64,000 nt of DNA, from positions 3,872,001-3,936,000 of the forward strand of contig OZ242326.1 of the NCBI GenBank assembly GCA_965208325.1, given 5' to 3'. Positions 1 to 8,908 of the stretch are shown piece after piece. Made by a program: the position numbers and the translations under genes. Numbering within the stretch: the first letter of the stretch is position 1; the number at the start of each line of letters is the position of its first letter. The notes below the pieces were generated by a model. That model had not been told where the DNA came from, did no database searches, and was given only the letters and a program-made list of their open reading frames with translations. Source of the stretch: Candidatus Poribacteria bacterium (GTDB lineage: Bacteria > Poribacteria > WGA-4E > PCPOR2b).

Positions 1-1
1 T

Positions 2-106
2 CGCAAGAACCTGCTTGACTTCAACTACAGCGAGGATTACTCCGAAAAGGACGAAATCTACCAATTCCCCATTCTGCCGTACTTAGGGGTTACCACCGAG
101 TTCTAA
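2..106 (+). CDS. 3' end of a probable TonB-dependent outer-membrane receptor (partial)
   Basis: Frame 2 reads RKNLLDFNYSEDYSEKDEIYQFPILPYLGVTTEF*. The alternating final beta-strand ending in Phe is typical of beta-barrel/TBDR C-termini. Confidence 0.6.
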   Translation, partial: RKNLLDFNYSEDYSEKDEIYQFPILPYLGVTTEF

Positions 107-219
107 CGGAGTTATTCAACTAGCCGCCTGAATCCAGCTATAGTAAGGCCGTGACTATTAATGCACTGCGGCGGGTTCGGTTGCCTAACCAATCCCGTCC
201 GTCCTGTTCTCCTTCTGCC

Positions 220-3200
220 TTACAACTCCGCGACAACCTCCATATTCATGCGGTGTTCAGGCTTCCGCTGTTTTGTCGAGAGCAACCGGTAATTGAATCT
301 TAACAATAGGTCTGTCACCTTGTGAACCTTGTAACTCGCGGTGGCTCTGATTTCGTGGCTGACACCCTCGTAGAAGTTGTATCGCGCAAAAGGGATGCCG
401 CCTTCGCTGGTGCCGTGGCCGATTCGGTATTTGAAATCAATCCGGCCCTTGCGGATAAAGGAGTAGACTATCTGATTTTGGATTGAGAGTGTTCGTGTCT
501 GAGCCTCCGGTTCGTTATCAAGGTGCTCCAAATCCGAAGTAATTCCGTGACTGCCAACCACGCCAAACCGCACCGTACGGCTGAGTTCGTAACGGAGTTC
601 CATTGAATTAAGCCGTTCATATTGCATGAGATCTGAGATTTGCTCCGCCGCTTTGCCTTCCAGATTCAATTGGGTGAATTCATCTCGCTCGCGGCGAACC
701 TCACACCTCGCACGCAATGAGAACTTCGCCGTTGGATTAATCGTCATGTGAATGTCCCAATCTCTCCCGCGGCGTCGGCGTTCGCGGTTGTTGATGCGTT
801 TGTTGAGGAGCTGGTTAGTGTTAAACCCAACATCTAAATTCAACGCCGGTGATGGAGAGAAGTCAAGCCGGTACCGCTGAACCCTTCGCCCAAAGATGGT
901 CTGTTCATTCTGTAGGTTTCGCAATAGGAGGAGTGAAGACGGGTCGGAAATTTCCTGTTCTTCCGCAATGCGCACCTGAAACTCCCCGCGGATAGCATTT
1001 GCTAGCCATTCAAACCGATCGCGCATCGTTGTTGGCGGGTTAGGTAAGGTATCGGGTAGAATCGGGTTAATCGGAGAGCCGCCCCCGCCTTGCGGCTCGG
1101 CAGGCTGCTTCGATAACGTTTCACCGCTAGCGTACCGAAATGTATCGAGGATACTGGTAGCGGAGTCTCGTGTTCGGCGCCGGCGCGCAAACATCCGGCG
1201 CGGCTGAACGCGAACTCGAAACTTAACATCAATCGCAGAAACAGGCTTGTCATCAACGTTCTGGATAAATCTGATATAATTCCCTTCCTCGAAATCCTCC
1301 CGGTAATGCAGTTCATCAATTTTCACGTAATGCCCCTCACCCGGCGGGATTTCTCTGCCCGTCAGCGGATGAATGTTAGTGTATATTTCCCGCCGCTCTG
1401 TCGCGAGCGTCTTATCGAGTTCATAGACCATCTCGCCATCCAACGCGCGGTTGAATGGTGTCAGGCGCAGGTTAATATCCGCCAATTGCGTCGTTGAATC
1501 AGCGCCTTCCGCTCGCTGTGACTCATACAAACGCCGAGAGAGGTTCGCCGCAAAGTTTGTCCATTTTCGCGGCCGCGAGAAGAATCCAATCGTCCACGTT
1601 TTCGCGCTCGTCATCTGCTTCCAGTCCGAAAAGGCGAGCGTCTCCTCATCAACCACAATCAGCGGTTCTTTGTCAAATGCTTCCTCAAGGGAATATTCCG
1701 TATTGATGGACGCCCACTGGAAGTCCGCAAGATTAATCCGGCCGGTGGAGATGTCTCGCTTCCGGTTCAGGTTCTGTAAATCAGTTGTATTCAGATCGGT
1801 TGACTCCAACTGTTCGATTGAGGCATTCAAATCAAATGGGCGAATCCGCTGGAAGATACTCCACATCGTCCGGTCCTTGCGAAATTGGTCTTGTCCTCTG
1901 ACCTTTGACGTGCTGCTTCGGTAATCGCTTCTCACGCGGGGAAGGATTGGACGTTTCACTAAACCGCCCTGCGGTTTGAATTCAAATCCGCCGTTGAAAT
2001 TGTTGCGGATAGTTATGCCGTCGGACGCATTCCCCTCGCGCTCGCCAGGGTCGAGTGCAGTAGAAACTCCGGCTCCAGTCAAGCCGTCAATCGCAGGTTG
2101 AATCTTAAAACGCTCCTCCGTTCGTCCAATTCCTGAATCAAGATTCAACCACCCAAACGGTCTAAACTGGAGATCGAAATCTAGTGATCTTTCATCAGGC
2201 GATTGCCCGCCGCCAGATGCGCTGAGCAAATACAAATCATCAAATCTTTCTTCAGAGTACTGCTCCTCGTAGCGGAAGCGTGTACGGTTTGTGCTCGATG
2301 CGCCGACCGGCACAAACTCGGCATCAAGCGATCGGACATCTAAATTCAGTTGCAGTTTGTTGCTCGACGAATTTGCCAGAAATTTCCACGCCCGACTGAG
2401 CACCTTCGCATCCCGTTCGGAAAATGTGTTCTCATCAAGTGCGCTAAAAGCCATCTGTCCCTCAACCGATGTCCAATCTGTCGGGTGGAGGCGCCCCTCA
2501 ATACCCCATACGGTGTGCCGCTGCGGCGCCGTAAGCGAGTTCCCATCGGAGCCCAATTCATTCTTTTTCAAATCCTCAATATCTTGTTCGTTGAGGATAA
2601 TGAACGCGTTTTCGGGGTCGTTCAGATCCGATTCAACGGCGTATGCGAGGCCAACTGCTGCCCGCCCGTCCGGCAGCAGATTGAATAACCCGCTTACGCC
2701 CTGTAAATTCCGCTGATAAGCAAGGTCTTCCGGGATAAATTCAAAATCAATGCGGATGCTGTCGTTGCTGGTAATCAGATGTTTGCTTGTGAATTCGATG
2801 ATGGGGTCGCCGTAATCGCGTATTACATAGTCATGGTTTTCACCGCGCCGCATCCGCTCACCGTTGAGCCAGACAATTTCCGTCCCCGCCTTAACAATGA
2901 CAAATTCGCCATCCACGTCAATTCGATATTCGCTGCGCCCCTCCTCTGCCCGTATGGTCTTGCTCGCGGATTCCCCTTTCGGGATGCTGCTTGGAATTAT
3001 ATGGAATGACCCCCACTTGAAGTTTCCTTCGACCTGGACGCCTTCCAACGCCCTTGGAAAGAAAATGAACTCGGAATTTCCGAGCGATCCCTCAAAATCG
3101 CCCAAGGTCGCTGTCACGTTCGGACTTGTAATCCGAATCAGTTTCTGGTCGATGTCTTGGATGTCCTCTGTCGTGCCCTCCGGCTGGATTGGCAGGTCTT

Positions 3201-3933
3201 GATCCGAAAGCAGGGCGATTACGCTCACGTTTTCCGAAACTTTGCCGTCAACGCTAATCCGCAATTCTTGGTTTTGAGACAACGCTCGTCCGCTGCCGAC
3301 TGAAACCCCAAACGTCTGCGTTCCCGTGACTTGCAGGGGAGGCTGTGCGGTTTCTGTGGACGGTCGCCGTGCGAAATCGGGCTGAAGACCAAATTCGCTT
3401 TCTGCGGGCGGTTGCTCGGTTAACGGTTGTTTCTGTCGAAACAGATTGCGTTTGTACCGTTTTTTGATTTCAAAGGGCAGCGCGTGGTATGTGATGTTGA
3501 CGATAACATCCGGCGCGTAGTCGTTCAGAAGGGCGACAGTTCCAGCGTGATAATCAATTCGGTAGTCCTCGTCTTTCGTGATTTTTTCGCCATTGACGGT
3601 AACTGTTTCGCTGTCCCGGACGATTGGGAGGTGCTTTAAGGAAAAGGGATTGGACAGGTCTTTAAACCTCGCCGTCTCCGACTTTTGCAGAAGAGAAATG
3701 GTCGGAAGTTGGAGGTCACTGGTTAAGGGTTTGGTAGGGTTTGCCTCTTCCGCGCCAGAAGCCGTAGCGCTGATATAACTGGATAGTAGCAGGCATATCA
3801 ACAGCAGAAGGTTTCGGAGAGAAAATACACAAAATTGTGTGGCGCGAGACGGTAGAAAAGGGATTGGAGTATCTGATTGAGTGGTTATAAAAAACTGATT
3901 GTACACCGCCACATCTCGTTTCCCTTTCTCCAA
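220..3933 (-). CDS. Large (~1200 aa) exported, probable outer-membrane beta-rich protein of unknown function; true start probably downstream of 3933
   Basis: Hydrophobic signal-like segment (LLLLICLLLSSYISATASG), a conserved-looking block LSDQDLPIQPEGTTEDIQDIDQ, and many amphipathic beta-strands up to the C-terminus. Confidence 0.65.
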   Translation of the reverse strand: MEKGKRDVAVYNQFFITTQSDTPIPFLPSRATQFCVFSLRNLLLLICLLLSSYISATASGAEEANPTKPLTSDLQLPTISLLQKSETARFKDLSNPFSLKHLPIVRDSETVTVNGEKITKDEDYRIDYHAGTVALLNDYAPDVIVNITYHALPFEIKKRYKRNLFRQKQPLTEQPPAESEFGLQPDFARRPSTETAQPPLQVTGTQTFGVSVGSGRALSQNQELRISVDGKVSENVSVIALLSDQDLPIQPEGTTEDIQDIDQKLIRITSPNVTATLGDFEGSLGNSEFIFFPRALEGVQVEGNFKWGSFHIIPSSIPKGESASKTIRAEEGRSEYRIDVDGEFVIVKAGTEIVWLNGERMRRGENHDYVIRDYGDPIIEFTSKHLITSNDSIRIDFEFIPEDLAYQRNLQGVSGLFNLLPDGRAAVGLAYAVESDLNDPENAFIILNEQDIEDLKKNELGSDGNSLTAPQRHTVWGIEGRLHPTDWTSVEGQMAFSALDENTFSERDAKVLSRAWKFLANSSSNKLQLNLDVRSLDAEFVPVGASSTNRTRFRYEEQYSEERFDDLYLLSASGGGQSPDERSLDFDLQFRPFGWLNLDSGIGRTEERFKIQPAIDGLTGAGVSTALDPGEREGNASDGITIRNNFNGGFEFKPQGGLVKRPILPRVRSDYRSSTSKVRGQDQFRKDRTMWSIFQRIRPFDLNASIEQLESTDLNTTDLQNLNRKRDISTGRINLADFQWASINTEYSLEEAFDKEPLIVVDEETLAFSDWKQMTSAKTWTIGFFSRPRKWTNFAANLSRRLYESQRAEGADSTTQLADINLRLTPFNRALDGEMVYELDKTLATERREIYTNIHPLTGREIPPGEGHYVKIDELHYREDFEEGNYIRFIQNVDDKPVSAIDVKFRVRVQPRRMFARRRRTRDSATSILDTFRYASGETLSKQPAEPQGGGGSPINPILPDTLPNPPTTMRDRFEWLANAIRGEFQVRIAEEQEISDPSSLLLLRNLQNEQTIFGRRVQRYRLDFSPSPALNLDVGFNTNQLLNKRINNRERRRRGRDWDIHMTINPTAKFSLRARCEVRRERDEFTQLNLEGKAAEQISDLMQYERLNSMELRYELSRTVRFGVVGSHGITSDLEHLDNEPEAQTRTLSIQNQIVYSFIRKGRIDFKYRIGHGTSEGGIPFARYNFYEGVSHEIRATASYKVHKVTDLLLRFNYRLLSTKQRKPEHRMNMEVVAEL

Positions 3934-3970
3934 ATTGTAAACCTATTCAGCCAGCCGGTTTTCCGCCTCA

Positions 3971-5131
3971 CTATTTTTCCAGTGGCGCTGCCTCTTCATT
4001 GTCAGCGGTTTCTAAAGGGCGGTAAACAACCTGAAACACTTGGATGGAGTTTGTCCCAATATCGCTGACAAAAATGCGGCTGTCCCGCGAGATTGCAATG
4101 CCGGCGGGTTCGACAAGCTCATCACTGGTAAACGCCATTACGGGTTGACCATCTCCTTTGAAAATCTGTACCCGCCGATTTCCGCCGTCAGTCACGTAAA
4201 GGTAGTTCCAGCGGTCAAGTGCAATATGGCTCGGCTCTCGAAATTGGCCGAGTGCATCGCCCTCAATTCCCCACATCTGGACAAGGTTGCCGCTGAAGTC
4301 ATATTTTTTGATGCGATTATTGCCCGAATCCACAATGTATACATTTCCGCGAGTATCAACAACCAGATCGATTGGGTCGCGGAATTGTTCCATTGCCCTG
4401 CCAAACTCTCCGCGTATCATAGCGGGCAACCCGTCTGTGTCGAACTGGATAAAACGGTGGTTTCCGGTATCGGTTGTATAAACTTCTCCGTTTCGTCCGA
4501 TGCCAACCCCTTCAGGCAGATCTAATTCGATTGCTCGATTTTCCTCACCCTCCCGTAGGTCATAATCCAAGCGGCTTCCAACAACGATACGGAAAATTCG
4601 ATCCACTAAGTTGCAATACTGGACGCGGCTATTACCGGTATCCGCAACATAGAGCAGTTCGGTCCGCTGAAAGTTAATAGCCACATCCGTAGGTGTATCA
4701 AATTCACCGGTTCGCCAGCCGTGCCTGCCGTATTCCGCAATGAAATTCCCATCTGTGCCAACTACCTGAATGCGGTTGTTGCCTGAATCTGCAACGTAGA
4801 GTTGTCCGCGGTGGTCTAAATCTAATCCAACGGGACGCAGAAATTGTCCAGCACCCTGTCCTGGACGTCCAATCGATTCAACATAGTTCACGCCCAAGAT
4901 GGTTGGTGCGGGGAGATTGTGAATGGAGGAAATAACCTTTGGGGGGGCGGCTTTCAGCGGCGTCTTGTTGTTCTTTGGCTCAACGGTCTCACCGTGCGGT
5001 GCGTGTCGAACCGCAGAACAGCCCAAATTGAAGGAGAGCGCAAATACAGTGAGTAGGAAAAGCCAATGCGTGCAGTTTTGCGTCGCTCTAGATGATTGCA
5101 CCCGGTTGATTCGACCTACAAAGTGCAACAT
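3971..5131 (-). CDS. NHL-repeat (beta-propeller) lipoprotein
   Basis: Repeated F..P.(G/D).A.D..G..YV.D.GN.R.Q units; lipobox-like FNLGC after a hydrophobic stretch. Confidence 0.85.
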   Translation of the reverse strand: MLHFVGRINRVQSSRATQNCTHWLFLLTVFALSFNLGCSAVRHAPHGETVEPKNNKTPLKAAPPKVISSIHNLPAPTILGVNYVESIGRPGQGAGQFLRPVGLDLDHRGQLYVADSGNNRIQVVGTDGNFIAEYGRHGWRTGEFDTPTDVAINFQRTELLYVADTGNSRVQYCNLVDRIFRIVVGSRLDYDLREGEENRAIELDLPEGVGIGRNGEVYTTDTGNHRFIQFDTDGLPAMIRGEFGRAMEQFRDPIDLVVDTRGNVYIVDSGNNRIKKYDFSGNLVQMWGIEGDALGQFREPSHIALDRWNYLYVTDGGNRRVQIFKGDGQPVMAFTSDELVEPAGIAISRDSRIFVSDIGTNSIQVFQVVYRPLETADNEEAAPLEK

Positions 5132-5134
5132 CGC

Positions 5135-5752
5135 CTAGCCTTTATGCGTTTGGAATTTGAAAACAAACGTCGATTCTGTATCGTCGAACTCGGTTCGCAC
5201 TTTGGGAACGATGACGCGGAGGTGCGACGATTTGATGCTTCGCTTGCGAAAATACAGAAAGAACTGCGTGCGGCGTTTCGGCATCACCGTTGTTTTCTCA
5301 ATATCCTCGCGCGGCAAAACGGCGTGATCGCCCTGTATCTGGAGCGCCGGATTCCATCGAAACACATCAGCCCCAAATTCCGGCGGCAGCTTGGGTCTAA
5401 AATTCTTGCCGAGGTAAAACGTCTCCTGAGATTTATCAATCGGTCGGGTTTTATCGCCCGCCTGATCTAGCATCCAGCAATCCTTCTTCTTGAACGAGAT
5501 AAAGTGGTCCGTATTGTTATAGATTAAAACGCCAAAAGCATCAACGGCTTTTACGTCGTTTAGCGGTACTGCCATCGCTGTAATACCGTTCTTTTCATAA
5601 ATAACTGTCCCTGACTGAGGCAAGATAGTTGCTTCAGGGTCAAATACAGGAATTATCCGGACCGTCTGAAGTGCCGAACAGCTCAGTTGAATATATATTG
5701 TCAAGATGAAAATTATCTTAATGCAAATTTGGAGAAATCCGTTCATTTTCAT
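5135..5752 (-). CDS. Hypothetical lipoprotein
   Basis: 205-aa ORF with a GGAG RBS and a signal peptide ending IQLSC; abuts the NHL gene. Confidence 0.7.
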   Translation of the reverse strand: MKMNGFLQICIKIIFILTIYIQLSCSALQTVRIIPVFDPEATILPQSGTVIYEKNGITAMAVPLNDVKAVDAFGVLIYNNTDHFISFKKKDCWMLDQAGDKTRPIDKSQETFYLGKNFRPKLPPEFGADVFRWNPALQIQGDHAVLPREDIEKTTVMPKRRTQFFLYFRKRSIKSSHLRVIVPKVRTEFDDTESTFVFKFQTHKG

Positions 5753-5884
5753 TCATGCTCCTATTCGGTAGTGCGCTAGCAAGTTATAGGTTGATGCATC
5801 AGTACACCCGTAGCTTTCATTATCCCTTTGGATTCTCACTCCCGCAAATTTTGACGGGATTGGAAATACATTCGCAAGAAGGTA

Positions 5885-6709
5885 TTATGAATTCGAGTGA
5901 ATTTCATGGGTCGTTGCTTTTCGTCCAACTGTCTGCTTGTCGGCGAAAAAGGCAAGCAATTTTCCCAATAACGTAGGTAACTCTTGGCGCTGGGTGTTCA
6001 AATCTATGAGCACATCTGATTGCGGCGAGTCTGAAAGATTTGGAATTCCGTCGCCCCGATGCACAACTTTCTTCTGCTCCGATACAACCAGATCGCCGAG
6101 GGGAAATCGTGTTGAGAATCCACCGGTTACACCTATATCTGTTAAGGCTGTAATCTGTGGGAGACGTGCTTGTGATAAGCCATCCAGCTCGATTTTCAGA
6201 TGTGTAATTTCAGCGGGTGTCAGTTCGGATTGCTTCGGCTCATCTGACTTCCTCTTTGCGAGGCCGTCGCTCGGATAGACGGTTATAAGCGGGAGATTTT
6301 TTTGCAATGACGCGCGGATGCACGTGAGCAGCGTGACAAAGTGGCCGCGTTGAGGAACGGAATATGGATGCACGACCGCTAGAATTGCGGGGTGACCCGA
6401 AATTGTACCGTCCCCCGCGGCGATTAACTGCCCCAGCTCGTCCGGAAATGTCGTATGCGATACGAAATCCATGAGTTCAAGCGATTCTAAGAGCGATTCT
6501 GGCGCCAACGGAGGGTAGAGATTCATCAGCGGCTCCGTATCAAATAGGTGGAACAGGCGTTCCTCGGCAGGCATAGGTGAATAATGGTCGCAGTGGGGGC
6601 ACGTGTAGAAATGGCGCTTTAATACCTGATTAAACACCGGTTCATCACAGTGCGAGCACTTCTTCCACAATGCATCGCGTCTTTCTGTGTAATGCGTTAT
6701 GTCAGTCAC
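5885..6709 (-). CDS. Degenerate AccD-like protein (carboxyltransferase beta fold with C4 zinc finger, catalytic motifs eroded)
   Basis: LWKKCSHC...CPHCDHY...AEERL matches the AccD N-terminus and LTDIGVTGGF..LGDLVVSE matches the TGG region. The GGSMG, SGGARMQE and IGFAG motifs are absent. Confidence 0.7.
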   Translation of the reverse strand: MTDITHYTERRDALWKKCSHCDEPVFNQVLKRHFYTCPHCDHYSPMPAEERLFHLFDTEPLMNLYPPLAPESLLESLELMDFVSHTTFPDELGQLIAAGDGTISGHPAILAVVHPYSVPQRGHFVTLLTCIRASLQKNLPLITVYPSDGLAKRKSDEPKQSELTPAEITHLKIELDGLSQARLPQITALTDIGVTGGFSTRFPLGDLVVSEQKKVVHRGDGIPNLSDSPQSDVLIDLNTQRQELPTLLGKLLAFFADKQTVGRKATTHEIHSNS

Positions 6710-6742
6710 AACCGTACTCCGCGAGAGTGTGAAAATTCTAAT

Positions 6743-7087
6743 TCATTGAAAACTAGCCACAGCCTCATCTTCATTGTCGTACCGATCGAAGATTGTCATC
6801 AGTTTCGCCATGACAATTAAATTCTTAATGTTCCCGCCAACATTGAGCAGTGCAATTCGTCCGCCATTCCGCTGAATTGATGTATAAGCGGCAACAATCA
6901 CGCCGAGGCCAAAGCTATCCACAATACGCACGCGTTCGAGATTCAACACAATTTTCGCTATGTTACCCGCGGCAATTTCGATTTGTGCATCAATTGCGCG
7001 CTTGAGGTCCAGACTGTCGGATCCGGCGATTCTCCCCGCAACATCCAAAATAGTAACGTCATCTCTCCGACGAACTACAATCTCCAT
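6743..7087 (-). CDS. STAS-domain anti-sigma factor antagonist (RsbV/SpoIIAA-like)
   Basis: 114 aa; LNLERVRIVDSFGLG with the phosphoacceptor Ser; GGAGG RBS. Confidence 0.9.
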   Translation of the reverse strand: MEIVVRRRDDVTILDVAGRIAGSDSLDLKRAIDAQIEIAAGNIAKIVLNLERVRIVDSFGLGVIVAAYTSIQRNGGRIALLNVGGNIKNLIVMAKLMTIFDRYDNEDEAVASFQ

Positions 7088-7257
7088 CCAATCCTCCGTG
7101 TTGTACTATCTCAGTAAAGGGTATCCGAAAATTTGCGTTCTACGGGCGAAATTTAGGTGGGTGCAACTGTACGGGTTTGCTATACGCCCAAAGCGTAGGT
7201 TTGGCCATTGAAACTCGCCGTCGGATTGGCACGTCTTACGCCAAACCGGGGTTAGGT

Positions 7258-7698
7258 CTACTTCTGTTTGTTGCTCGGCGATTTCTTGTACTTCACCATC
7301 CTTACCGTTGTCCCTGGAGCCTCATAGGTAACTGCGTCCATACAGGTTTCCATCAGAAATATTCCTCTACCGCTGCTCTTCAACAAATTTTCCGGATTCA
7401 ACGGATTCTCTACGCTATTTCGATCGAACCCGGCGCCCCCATCCTGAACAACAACCGTAATCTTGTCTTGATTGAGGATGAACTCAAAACGAGCGCGTTT
7501 GTTTACATCCTCCTTATTCCCATGTTTAATCGCGTTCGTGCCTGCCTCAATCACCGCCAAATTAACCTGTTCCCTCGATTCATCATCGAATCCCATCTCT
7601 TTGAGAATTTGAGAGATTACCGAATCCAGAACATATACGAGTTGCATTGAACTCGGTATATCTAGGCTAATGACGTGCCCTTCGGGCGTCCGGTCCAC
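7258..7698 (-). CDS. Anti-sigma factor Ser/Thr kinase (RsbW/SpoIIAB-like)
   Basis: EAGTNAIKHGN N-box, DGGAGF G1 box, SGRGIFLM G2 box. Confidence 0.9.
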   Translation of the reverse strand: MDRTPEGHVISLDIPSSMQLVYVLDSVISQILKEMGFDDESREQVNLAVIEAGTNAIKHGNKEDVNKRARFEFILNQDKITVVVQDGGAGFDRNSVENPLNPENLLKSSGRGIFLMETCMDAVTYEAPGTTVRMVKYKKSPSNKQK

Positions 7699-7702
7699 TT
7701 CC

Positions 7703-8908
7703 CTACTTCTCCCCGTGCTTGACTTTTATGGCGACAATCGTAAGGTCGTCATTCCGGTGATTCTGCTTTCCACTGAACCTCAAGAGATCTGCCTCGATTG
7801 CATCGCAAAGCATTTGAGCGGATAAATGCTTGTTGGTGTCAATACATTCAATGAGCTTTTCTTCACCGTACAGTATACCATCGTCCTCTCGTTCTGTTTC
7901 TGTAGCGCCGTCTGTGTAAAGAAGTATTCCGTCCCCCGGCGCGAAATGAATTGTCTCAGATTGAAAAGTCGCAAAATCGAAACTGCCGAGTATCATGCCG
8001 CCGGCTTTCAGCGAAGTGATTGTGCTGCCTTCATTTTTCAAATATAAGGGGTAACAGTGCCCCGCATTTGAATAGGTGAACGTCATAGATTCCGTATCTA
8101 AAATCCCATAAATCATCGTCGCAAATAGATCCGGATCGGTATCCGCGAAAAGCAAATCGTTAATTCGCTTTAACGCCGCAGACGGCGAAGATTCTTCGCG
8201 GCATACCAGCCGCAAAGCAGTTCGAATCATAACCATGAGTAAAGCTGCCGGAATGCCCTTGCCGCGGACATCCGCGATGGCGATGCCCAAGTGATTTTCC
8301 GTCAAAGGGATAAAGTCGTAAAAATCACCCGATATTGTCATCGAACTCCGCAGTACGCCAGCGATATCATATCCCGGCAAATCGGGAGATTTTTGCGGCA
8401 GCAACTTTTGCTGGATTATCGCTGCTGTCTTAAGATGGAATGCCAACTGTTCCACGCCGGATTCGCTAAACTGATCGCCCATCGCGCCTATTAGAGGATT
8501 AATATATTTCGTCGGGCGGGTTCGCCCGAGAACGGCTTCTATTCGCGCCGTGAGCTCATCTAGCTGGAAAGGTTTTGTGATATAATCGTCCGCCCCCGAT
8601 CGTAAGCCTTGAATTTTTTCATGGGTTTGTGCCTTTGCAGTGAGCATGATGACAGGGATTGTACGGGTTGCCGCATCCGACTTGAGTCTTTCGATTACCT
8701 CAAAGCCGTCCATCTCCGGCATCATGAGATCCAGTAGAATGAGGTCCGGCGCGTGATCCTTTGCGCATTCCAACGCACTGCGTCCGTCGGACGCAGTTAT
8801 GACGTCGAACCCGTCGGCTGTCAAGCTTGCCTCGACCAATTCGAGGATGTCTATATCATCATCTACGGCTAAAATCGTCTCAGCCATTACCTGTATGCTC
8901 CTGCTCAT
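7703..8908 (-). CDS. Response-regulator receiver fused to PP2C/SpoIIE phosphatase (RsbU/RsbY-like)
   Basis: Receiver motifs VDDD, DLMMPEMDG, LTAK, KPF; PP2C motifs SGDFYD, IADVRGKG, NAGH, YTDG, NDDLT. Confidence 0.92.
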   Translation of the reverse strand: MSRSIQVMAETILAVDDDIDILELVEASLTADGFDVITASDGRSALECAKDHAPDLILLDLMMPEMDGFEVIERLKSDAATRTIPVIMLTAKAQTHEKIQGLRSGADDYITKPFQLDELTARIEAVLGRTRPTKYINPLIGAMGDQFSESGVEQLAFHLKTAAIIQQKLLPQKSPDLPGYDIAGVLRSSMTISGDFYDFIPLTENHLGIAIADVRGKGIPAALLMVMIRTALRLVCREESSPSAALKRINDLLFADTDPDLFATMIYGILDTESMTFTYSNAGHCYPLYLKNEGSTITSLKAGGMILGSFDFATFQSETIHFAPGDGILLYTDGATETEREDDGILYGEEKLIECIDTNKHLSAQMLCDAIEADLLRFSGKQNHRNDDLTIVAIKVKHGEK

